Part shown: positions 17,202-25,469 of the stretch, in pieces
How positions within the stretch are numbered: position 1 is the stretch's first letter
Layout of the letters: every line of letters begins with the position of its first letter
DNA from: Pyrodictium delaneyi
GTDB taxonomy: Archaea > Thermoproteota > Thermoprotei_A > Sulfolobales > Pyrodictiaceae
Reading direction: 5' to 3'
Length of the DNA: 32,000 nt
Assembly (NCBI RefSeq): GCF_001412615.1
Contig: NZ_CP013011.1
Location: 840,001 to 872,000 of the forward strand
Made by a program: the position numbers and the translations under genes
The notes under the pieces: generated by a model
The model's input: only the letters and a program-made list of their open reading frames with translations
What the model was told of the DNA's origin: nothing
The model's database searches: none

Positions 17202-20200
17202 TTGGCTGGTGGGCGTGCTGGCTGGGTCCCGTTTGAGGAGATCCGGGAGGGGCATATCACGGATAGTAGCTTCGTGGTGCAGCTCTGGTATGTGCACCGT
17301 GGCTGCCCGGGTGGCGGCTGGAGCTGCGTTGATGAGCGCTACCGTGACCCGGTGAAGTTCTTTGACCGTACCTACTTCTCTGAGGGGCTGCGGCAGGTCC
17401 TCGGCAACGTGGTGCGGAGGCTGGTCTACGGGGGCGAGGGTAACGCTGTTGTGCTCCTGCACACCGGGTTTGGCGGGGGTAAGTCGCACACGCTTCTCTC
17501 GATATACCACGTTGCCCGGGGGCTCGGGGAGGCGGCTAGGAGCCGCCGGCTCCGGGAGTTCCTGCACGAGGTGGGCGTCGAGCCGGGGGAGGCGGGCTTC
17601 CGCTCGGCGGTAGCGGTGTTCGACGGGGCTGCTGTGGACCCGGTGCGGCTACGCGATGTCTATGGGGCGCCTAACGCCTGGGTGTTTATCCTCGAGGAGC
17701 TTGTCCGCTCGGCAGGCGCCAGCGAGCTGGCTAGACGTGTGGCTCGTTACCGGAGGGCTGCGCCGGGCAGCGAGGAGATTGGCGAGATTCTTGCCCGGCT
17801 CGAGGGGGCCGGGGTCAGGCCGGTTATACTCATCGACGAAATAGCGATGTATCTCCGGAACCTGGAGGTGCGTGGCGACGAGGAGGCTCGGCGCGAGGCC
17901 GAGGGCCTTAGGATATTCCTCCACAACCTCGCCGTGGCAGTGTCGAACTCCAGGTACGCTGTGCTGGCTATCGCTACACCGCAGCAGTACGAGGGGGAGT
18001 CCCAGCAGGTGATAGCCACTCTCTCGGACGTGAAGAGGGTAGCCATGCCGACCTCCATTGTGGGCCGGGGCGATGCTGCTGCTGTGCTCCGGGCTGCTCT
18101 CCTAGAGGAGGTGGACGAGGCCGCTGCCGCCGCTGTGGCTGAGAAGTATGCGAGGCTCTACGAGGGGGAGCGGGACCGGTTCCCCGTGGACGCCTCTATG
18201 CCGGAGTACCGGCGGCGGATGGCCTCGAGCTACCCGTTCCACCCGTTCCTGGTGGACGTGCTCTATGGGGAGCTTGCGGAGGTCCCTGGGTTCCAGGGTA
18301 CGCGCGACATACTGCGTATCGTGGCGTGGGCGCTGTACTGGAGGAGCCGGGGCGGCGACACCTACGATATGCTTGTCCTAGGCGACCTGGACGCCACCAG
18401 GAGGGAGATACTAGACGAGCTCCTCACCAGGAACGAGCTCCTGAAGAAGCTCCGCAATGCCGTGTCCTACGACGTGGAGGTCATAGAGGAGATTGACGAG
18501 AAGCTGGCCCGCGAGGGACTGCCACGCGTCGCCTCGCTCACCTACTCGGCCGTACTAGTAAGGAGCGCTGCTGGCAAGCCCTCCCGGCCCGAGGAGGTAG
18601 CGCTGGGCGCCGTCACACCGGTCCGCGGCGTCACTGTGCAGCTCGTCCAGCACATGCTGGAGAGCGAGCTCCTAAGGAAGACCGCGCACCTCCACCGCAT
18701 CGACCGGGGCGGCGAGACACTGTACATGGTCAAGTCCCGCGCCAACATCTACATGCTGGTCCACCGTATAGCGGGCGAGATACTGGCTAGGAGCAGGGAC
18801 CGTGTGCTAGAGAGGCTCCGCAGGGAGATAGGGAAGATAGCGAAGCCCACGGCTGAGTGCAGGATAGTTGTCTGGCCCCGGCACCCCGGCCAGGTGGAGG
18901 ACACGCCGAGGATTAAGCTGGTGCTCCTGGACCCAGAGGAGCCAGCCGTAGCCGCGGGCGGGGGCAGGCTCCTCGGCCTCCTAGAGAGGTTCACCATGTA
19001 CAGCCAGGCAGGCGCCGGAGCCGCCTACCGGAAGCACCGGAACACCGTGCTCTACCTGGTCCCGGATATGAGGCTCTACCAGCAGCTACTCCAGAGCATA
19101 GCCAGGCTCATGGCTGTCGAGAGACTGATGCAGCCAGAGCAGAAGCAGTACTACGGCCTAGAGAAGGCCGACGAGGACGAGCTGAACAGGATGAGGAACG
19201 AGCTGCTGGACGAGATCGCCTCTGACACTGCTGCACTCTACGCGACGCTCTACTACCCGCTCGAAGCCCGGCCCGACGGCAGCGTGGTCTTCGACAAAGC
19301 CGAGCTAGACCCCTCCAAGATCCGGGGCAGCGGCCTCTGGCAGACAGTGCGGGAGAAGCTACGCGAGATAGGCAAACTAGCCACGGACGTGCCCGAGGAG
19401 TACGTGCTAACCGAGATACTAGCCAAGAGGTATAACGCGCTACGCCGCCCACTAGGCGTCGACGAGATAGCCTCAGCGTTCACCGAGGACCCCAGCAGCG
19501 TACTACTCATAGACCCGGAGAAGGTTGTACGGGAGAAGCTAGCCAGCCTCGTAGAGCGCGGCAGACTGGTAGCCCTCACCCCCAGCGGCCCCGTCTGCAT
19601 GAAGAGGCCCGCGCTAGCCAGCAAGGACGTACGCTTCGCGCCCTGCAGCTCCCCAGAGGCCCGCCAGAGCTGCGTAGTGGAGACCGGGGATGAGGGCCTC
19701 GAGTGCCGCCCCAAGCCCCCGCAGGACTGCAGAAGCCCCGTATGGGACACCGAGACCAGAACCTGGAAGTGCACCGAGCAAGCCGAGCCAGGAGAGGAGA
19801 CAGGAGAAACAGAGGAGACCGGCCGAGAGATAGGCAGAGCCGTAGCCGAGCCCCCGAGGCAGCCGGCGAGGCCGTGGACGCTGAGCTATCGGGGCATCAA
19901 CCCGTACCAGCTCCGCGAGGAGCTGCTGAAGACAGACCGGCTAGAGGAGCCCGTGGAGGCCATTAGCCTCCGGCTAGTACTGAGCGGCGGGGTGGACCAG
20001 CAGCTCGTCTCCGGGCTAAAGATATTACTACAGGCCGTGAAGGACATGGCGTCCCGGGGGAGCGGCTACTCCCTAAACGCCCGGGCCGTGGTGAGGTCAG
20101 AGAGCAGGGTATCAAGCGTGACCATAGACGCTGAGACTGCTAGCATAGAGCAGCTCTACAGGATCCTAGACGTAGCTAGGAGCCTGGGAGGCATAGCCGA

Positions 20201-20345
20201 GGTGCGGCTCGACATAGACCTAAGGAGGCGGGAGGGCAAGCCCCTACTACTCCGCGACGTAGCTGACGCGCTGAACCGCAGGATGCTGGCCAAGTACCCC
20301 GGCCTACAGCTAGAGGACGTGTACATAGAGCTCTCACGGGGCTAG
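17202..20345 (+). CDS. DUF499-type large P-loop ATPase (BrxC/PglY-like)
   Basis: N-terminal W-VPFEEI...YRDPVKFFDRTYFSEGLRQVL, followed by Walker A in LLHTGFGGGKSHTLLSIYH and Walker B in VILIDEIAMYL. This order and wording match the DUF499 family. 1047 aa, 62 nt downstream of the methylase gene. Confidence 0.75.
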   Translation: MAGGRAGWVPFEEIREGHITDSSFVVQLWYVHRGCPGGGWSCVDERYRDPVKFFDRTYFSEGLRQVLGNVVRRLVYGGEGNAVVLLHTGFGGGKSHTLLSIYHVARGLGEAARSRRLREFLHEVGVEPGEAGFRSAVAVFDGAAVDPVRLRDVYGAPNAWVFILEELVRSAGASELARRVARYRRAAPGSEEIGEILARLEGAGVRPVILIDEIAMYLRNLEVRGDEEARREAEGLRIFLHNLAVAVSNSRYAVLAIATPQQYEGESQQVIATLSDVKRVAMPTSIVGRGDAAAVLRAALLEEVDEAAAAAVAEKYARLYEGERDRFPVDASMPEYRRRMASSYPFHPFLVDVLYGELAEVPGFQGTRDILRIVAWALYWRSRGGDTYDMLVLGDLDATRREILDELLTRNELLKKLRNAVSYDVEVIEEIDEKLAREGLPRVASLTYSAVLVRSAAGKPSRPEEVALGAVTPVRGVTVQLVQHMLESELLRKTAHLHRIDRGGETLYMVKSRANIYMLVHRIAGEILARSRDRVLERLRREIGKIAKPTAECRIVVWPRHPGQVEDTPRIKLVLLDPEEPAVAAGGGRLLGLLERFTMYSQAGAGAAYRKHRNTVLYLVPDMRLYQQLLQSIARLMAVERLMQPEQKQYYGLEKADEDELNRMRNELLDEIASDTAALYATLYYPLEARPDGSVVFDKAELDPSKIRGSGLWQTVREKLREIGKLATDVPEEYVLTEILAKRYNALRRPLGVDEIASAFTEDPSSVLLIDPEKVVREKLASLVERGRLVALTPSGPVCMKRPALASKDVRFAPCSSPEARQSCVVETGDEGLECRPKPPQDCRSPVWDTETRTWKCTEQAEPGEETGETEETGREIGRAVAEPPRQPARPWTLSYRGINPYQLREELLKTDRLEEPVEAISLRLVLSGGVDQQLVSGLKILLQAVKDMASRGSGYSLNARAVVRSESRVSSVTIDAETASIEQLYRILDVARSLGGIAEVRLDIDLRRREGKPLLLRDVADALNRRMLAKYPGLQLEDVYIELSRG

Positions 20346-20935
20346 ACAAACGCCTCCCAGCACACTCCTATTTTCCTCGAGACGAGGGTCACGAGCCAGG
20401 ACCACTCCCCCGGGGGCTTGAGGGGGAGCGCCTCCTCGCCGCCCGCCTCCTCGACGAGCCGGGCGAGCCCCGGGAGCACGAGCACCACGCGCGTGCGCTG
20501 CGGCAGGCTACGGATAGTCCAGAAGACTAGCAGCCGCCACCACCGGTCACCCAGGTCAGCACCGTCGAGCAGCAGCACCACCGTGCCAGCACCGGGGCAG
20601 CCACCCTTGCACAGCAGCCCAGCAGCCTCGGCCACACCCAGCTCCAGGTAGCCGCCGGGGTCGCCACCCGCCTCGTCCCGGGCATCCTCGAGCGAGCCAC
20701 AAACGAGCACACTACGCGGCCGCGAACCAGGCCGGAGACACATCACAAGATCCCGCACATCACCCACACTACTGTCCACGCCCCGGCCACGCCGAGGCCC
20801 CCCAGGCCTAGCTGGCTTGGCAAGCCCTACAGCCCTCAGGTATTCGTCTAGCGTTCGCTGAGCAGCCACCTGCCAGCCCCACAACGCAGCTTCCGAATGA
20901 GGCGTGAACACCCGCCTCTGCGATAGTAACACCAT
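20342..20935 (-). CDS. Hypothetical protein (197 aa)
   Basis: Its stop codon overlaps the ATPase stop by 4 nt (convergent). GC-rich with a G-first-position codon bias and no competing ORF. No motif recognised. Confidence 0.45.
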   Translation of the reverse strand: MVLLSQRRVFTPHSEAALWGWQVAAQRTLDEYLRAVGLAKPARPGGPRRGRGVDSSVGDVRDLVMCLRPGSRPRSVLVCGSLEDARDEAGGDPGGYLELGVAEAAGLLCKGGCPGAGTVVLLLDGADLGDRWWRLLVFWTIRSLPQRTRVVLVLPGLARLVEEAGGEEALPLKPPGEWSWLVTLVSRKIGVCWEAFV

Positions 20936-21126
20936 GCACGTCTAGAGACACAACTCCTGAACAGAATAGCATCATAGAGATAATAGAACCCGAACCTAGA
21001 ATGGGCAAAGTGTGTAGTCTCCCTAAGGAGGAAGGGCATCTGCAGTGTATTTCTACCCTATCATGCTCAGTCAAATAAGCACACTAATCTTTATAGATCT
21101 AAGGGCGTCTAGAGTATCATGATCTC

Positions 21127-22368
21127 CTAGTAGCCTTTAACCACGTATATGTATGGCTTAATGGATGGCCCTGTGCTGTGTCCTGCGTGGCTGTAGATTC
21201 CTCTTCTAGTGAAGGTGTCCGGCTTGAACATTATCGGCTTTCTGACTCTGAACTCCCTAGCTACTTCCGCTATTGTCTTGGCTACTTCTACGACTAGGCT
21301 TACTGCTAGGAAGCTGGGCACATAGACTATCACTGGCTGCTCCTCACTATTCTCCACTATTCCGACCGTCTTGGCTGCGTAGTCTAGCTTCTTCTCCCTG
21401 AGCCTTCGAATGACCTCTGCTAGGAATCTCCCGCGGAGCCTTCTCTTCACGAATACCATCCATTTGCCTGAGGTGCTAGTTATGTCGAGCAGCTGTTTGC
21501 CGTTGGGGCCTACTTCGAGTCTATCGGGTCTAAGCCATGTTAGTGCGTGGCTAGCCTCTTTGCTGAGCACCTCTATGCCGGCCTTGCCCAGCTTATGTTT
21601 CAAGGCTTGTAGGACTCGTTGCTGGTTGTCTGCTATTAGTAGCTCGGCTAGAAGCATTTCTAGCGGCTCGTCTCTATCGGCTCCTAATGCCCGGCGGAGG
21701 AACTCTACGGATTCTCTCAGGGCTTCCTCCTCGAGTCTTCTAGTGTTCGTTGGGCTAAGGTAGTGCAGCCATTTGTTGTCTAGACTGTAGCCCTCGGAAG
21801 CCATTGTGCTGAGTATGCTCTCTATTGTTCTTCTCGTCTCCACGTCTAGGCCTGGCAGTTCCTCCAGCACTATCCTCCAGTCATCGATGCTGCTTAGCTC
21901 TCTCCATACCTTGAATGCTTTCTCTACGAGTGTTTTGACGGCCTCAATGTCTAGACCATTAACAGCAGCTAGCTGCTCTATCGCCTCCATCCTTCTGTGG
22001 ATTACTAGTGCATAGCCCTGGTGCTTAGCGAGATGACATCTTTTACAGAGAAGCCGGATTCCAGCTAGCACTGCTATTCCTTTACCGTCTTCCAGGTAGT
22101 ACCTCCAGTCCTCATCGACATCGTAGGCAGGGGACGCACCACATGTGCCACAAGCGCCGCCTCTGGGGATACCCTACCACCACGTATGGAGCCTCTCTAG
22201 GGCCTCTGCACAGCGGCCAGTACCATTACAGAAGGCATCATCGATCAGCCAGGGGTCTGCTCGGGCGAGCTTCGCTAGACTAATGCCCCATAAGGGGCTA
22301 GGCACAAGCCTTGGACACAACTTGCCGAGGGTTCTACAGACCTCATGATATGACTCGACGAGCGGCAT
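21127..22368 (-). pseudogene. HNH/zinc-finger-like nuclease-family gene interrupted by one in-frame TAG
   Basis: ORFs 22174..22368 and 21127..22071 share one frame, and the 34 codons between them are open. Read-through gives ...ALERLHTWW*GIPRGGACGTCGASPAYDVDEDWRYYLEDGKGIAVLAGIRLLCKRCHLAKHQGY... The CxxC...(D/H)ExW...CxxCHxxKH unit therefore straddles the stop and the nominal GTG start. Confidence 0.6.
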
Positions 22369-22516
22369 AGACTTCTACCTTACCATATCAGTCAACTTGC
22401 ACAAATACAACTATATTACTGTACCTATATTTAATCCTGTATTTATGCAGCCGTAGTGAGAGCATGCGTGGCGAATTATTCATCATAGCTAACTAATTTT
22501 GACAAATCCTTAAATA

Positions 22517-23539
22517 TTAATGGCAAAGAATTCGCTCAATCGATTTATCCGGAGCCGGGGCTGCAGACTTTTGCCCTATTATATTTTCGAGACTATTGAG
22601 CAAGTACGTAAAGCTAGTTATTATTACCGTCGCAACTACTTCTTCACGTCTTCTAGCCTTCACAACTAAGCAATTATTGCCTATGACTTTTTCGCTTGCA
22701 CCTGCTAGTATTAGTACGCCGTATCTCGCATTAGCTAGGTACATGTAGCTATATACTTGTTTTCTATAGCTCAGAATACTTTCCCGACTAAACTTTGTCC
22801 TAAGCTTGACCTCAGCAATAACTCTATACCTTGTTTGGTCCGGTTTATTAACTAGAGTTATAAGAGCATCCGGTCTTAAGGGCTTAATTTTCCCTAGGGA
22901 AAACTCTTCTCTGACACCCCATTCATGCATAAGTGTTATAGTGTTATCCACACATTCAGTTCTAATCCTGAATTTTAGAGCATGCCCGCTATAGAAGGGA
23001 TAAACTTCGCATCCTTGATCAGCAGACGCATGGCCAACCGTCATCAGCAAGTATAGTGTGAGTATAGCGAGGAACTGTACAATATAACCCATGAGTTTAT
23101 CACTGGCAAGTTTAATATAATAAGCTTTTTTAAAAATTAAGTCATTTAATATATCAGTAGATAATTTTGCTTTTAACAATAGCTTCGATGCAAGAACATC
23201 GTTGACAAGGTATGACATATCGTATATATCCTCATCGAAAGCATAATCGAAAGAAAGCCGCATACGTGGGACATATCTACTATTGTACACAAAATTTTTT
23301 ATGAAAGTTTCACATAACCTAGTATAGCTGCTGTTATCTAGACAGAAATCTATTATCTTTTTTCGAATACTCCTATTAGTGAACAGTATATTGAACTCTC
23401 GCGAAACTAAGTTATGTAGCCTGTTAACTCCTCTAATACTACTTTTTTCTAGCTGTTCTAAGAGCCATGAAAATCGTAGAATATATTTTATGTAAGTATT
23501 TTCAATATTGCTAGCTTCTTCATAGGTCACAAGAATCAC
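22517..23539 (-). CDS. McrC-like PD-(D/E)xK nuclease subunit
   Basis: C-terminal LRPDALITLVN...YRVIAEVKLR is a PD...ExK core. The gene starts 6 nt after the McrB-like gene ends. Very AT-rich. Confidence 0.6.
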   Translation of the reverse strand: MILVTYEEASNIENTYIKYILRFSWLLEQLEKSSIRGVNRLHNLVSREFNILFTNRSIRKKIIDFCLDNSSYTRLCETFIKNFVYNSRYVPRMRLSFDYAFDEDIYDMSYLVNDVLASKLLLKAKLSTDILNDLIFKKAYYIKLASDKLMGYIVQFLAILTLYLLMTVGHASADQGCEVYPFYSGHALKFRIRTECVDNTITLMHEWGVREEFSLGKIKPLRPDALITLVNKPDQTRYRVIAEVKLRTKFSRESILSYRKQVYSYMYLANARYGVLILAGASEKVIGNNCLVVKARRREEVVATVIITSFTYLLNSLENIIGQKSAAPAPDKSIERILCH

Positions 23540-23545
23540 CTTATA

Positions 23546-25342
23546 TTATTGCGGCATCCTAATACAGCTGCTACAGATTGTCTTTATGCCGTCCCTTAAG
23601 CTATGTTGAGTAAAGCCTAGTAGCTCTGATAGTAGATTACATTTGTCATTATCATCGATGAAGCTCGCCCTGTATATATTCATTATATCTCTTACAGCCC
23701 AAATACCTACTTCGAAAATATCGCAGTTTATGCCTATACTAGCGAGCTTTCTACATATACACTTATTATGCCCCTCTTTAAATCTCATTATGTTAAGAAG
23801 AGTTCCAAGCGATATACCGTTTACCCTTATAATAGGGAAGCGGAGTTGAAATGCAATACTAAAGGGAAATAGCAAGCTAGTTTCGACATCGTTAGCGCTT
23901 GATACAATTATAAATGGCTGTTCTATTGTATATCCTCCTTCTTTGGCCAAAGTACTAATTAGGTGTTTTAAGTATACATAGTCATTAAAGACAGCTACAT
24001 TATCTTCTGCAAGTATCTTTAAGCGAGGTGTTACAACAATCCGTCTCTCGAAAGATAGCATGCTTAACAGTTCGCCACCAACTTTATCTATTTCGGTTCT
24101 ATTCACCTCGTCAAGGACAAGTACTGGCAATATGCCTTGCGCGGCGTAGTTCAGTGCCCTCGCAATACAGCCAGGCAAGTACACAAGTCTACCATTGTTA
24201 TCGCTAACAACTGTACCCACCAATTCTGCTCTACCAGTATCTATACTTATGGGACAATATTCGACAACTACTTTTACAGCATTCTTATCTATATTGTTAA
24301 CAATTCTTTCAAGTAGTCTAGGTAATATTTCAACTGATAAGTATGTTTTTCCTGCCCGTGGTGGTCCAACGATGAATACTCTACGACTAACCAAGACATG
24401 CTTCAACATTTCCCGCAGTATGTGCGTGTAAATGGTTTTGCATTCCTCTCTTAATTCACCTATATTAATATTTCTACAAATATCTTCAACAGTATTTACT
24501 ATAAATTCATCTATTTCGTCATCATTAATCTTCGCGAGCTTCAAAAGCAGATTTATAATATAATTTAAATTATTAACTACTTCATTTGACTTATCTATTT
24601 CAGCATTTTCATTACTAGAATACGTTATGGTTCTATTTATTAGTGGCCAATCTAGCATTATATTATTAAATAAATTGTTTAGTTCTTCTTTGACAATCTT
24701 CCCTATAATGTCCTTAAGCTCGCTCTCCATAATACTTCTAACATAGATCTGAAAATCGCTTCTAATACTTTCTAAGTTTTTCTCAAAAATATTAACTTTC
24801 TCCTTTATTTCTTTAACTTCTTCAATACAAAGTCTAGGATTAATTAAACGAGCGGCCTCACCAAGCTGTCGCGAGACGTCTTCATTTTTACTTTTACTTT
24901 GATTCTTTTCCTCTTGCGTACGGAAAGACAACTGAGTATGCTGTAAATCCAAAACCGTTTTTTCTTTATGATCTTGCCAGTTATTTTGACTTGCTCGAAC
25001 AGCCGAAGATAATAGCTGAGGGGGTTGTGAGGAACTTTTAGTCTTAGTCTTTTTTGACTGCATAATAGCGCTTAAAGACGCTTTTGTTACTTTCTTAGCA
25101 TGATCAAATTTCTTACATGGTCTAGGTATTAATCTTCTACACCTATATTCTCTCGTGAGTTTATTTATAGACTTCCATTCATCCAATATATAGATGTCAG
25201 TATTACTCTCTAGTATTACATAGCATGATAACGATTTTTCACGCTTAGTACAGTAGAAGTAAACATGAAATCTATTAGCGTTAACGTATGATACCTTCGG
25301 ATTCTCGCATTGATAGCATCGTTGCACATCCATGGCTCTCAC
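23546..25342 (-). CDS. McrB-like AAA+ (AAA_5) NTPase with a novel N-terminal region
   Basis: Walker A in FIVGPPRAGKTYL. Walker B and signature in LVLDEVNRTEIDKVGGELLSMLS, compared with McrB DEINRANxSKxFGELxxLxE. The N-terminus holds a Cys-containing module (CYQC...C...C), then a long Lys/Ser/Gln/Glu-rich, probably coiled-coil linker. Confidence 0.65.
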   Translation of the reverse strand: MRAMDVQRCYQCENPKVSYVNANRFHVYFYCTKREKSLSCYVILESNTDIYILDEWKSINKLTREYRCRRLIPRPCKKFDHAKKVTKASLSAIMQSKKTKTKSSSQPPQLLSSAVRASQNNWQDHKEKTVLDLQHTQLSFRTQEEKNQSKSKNEDVSRQLGEAARLINPRLCIEEVKEIKEKVNIFEKNLESIRSDFQIYVRSIMESELKDIIGKIVKEELNNLFNNIMLDWPLINRTITYSSNENAEIDKSNEVVNNLNYIINLLLKLAKINDDEIDEFIVNTVEDICRNINIGELREECKTIYTHILREMLKHVLVSRRVFIVGPPRAGKTYLSVEILPRLLERIVNNIDKNAVKVVVEYCPISIDTGRAELVGTVVSDNNGRLVYLPGCIARALNYAAQGILPVLVLDEVNRTEIDKVGGELLSMLSFERRIVVTPRLKILAEDNVAVFNDYVYLKHLISTLAKEGGYTIEQPFIIVSSANDVETSLLFPFSIAFQLRFPIIRVNGISLGTLLNIMRFKEGHNKCICRKLASIGINCDIFEVGIWAVRDIMNIYRASFIDDNDKCNLLSELLGFTQHSLRDGIKTICSSCIRMPQ

Positions 25343-25469
25343 GTAAAGTGGTGATTTTCAAGTAAAATATATAATTTTTGAGCCTTTAATGCAGTTCACA
25401 GTCATTATGTACTACCTTTGGTTTAAAATTACTCCCGACAATAGGAACGAGAGAATTGGAGATGTGGCT
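25343..25469 (-). promoter_or_regulatory. AT-rich promoter region of the McrBC-like operon
   Basis: aaaatatataattttt at about 25364-25380 is centred about 25-35 nt upstream of the ATG at 25342 on the coding strand. Confidence 0.4.

Noticed and set aside
15820-17567. Antisense ORFs 15820..16332, 16245..16670 and 17031..17567 within or between the DUF1156 methylase and DUF499 ATPase genes
   Set aside because: They sit opposite strongly supported genes and have Pro/Ser/Thr/Arg-rich products with no motifs. 17031..17567 would span the short intergenic gap but has no independent support.
20939-21114. 9-mer CGTCTAGAG repeated at about 20,939 and about 21,106, considered as an att-like border repeat of the island
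   Set aside because: Both copies lie at the same (left) border. The repeat is short and contains a common palindrome (TCTAGA). No matching copy was seen at the right border.
22174-22176. The in-frame TAG in the HNH-like gene as a pyrrolysine or other recoded codon
   Set aside because: Nothing in the window suggests Pyl machinery, and the apparent lineage (crenarchaeon-like) is not known to use it. A nonsense mutation or a read error is more parsimonious.
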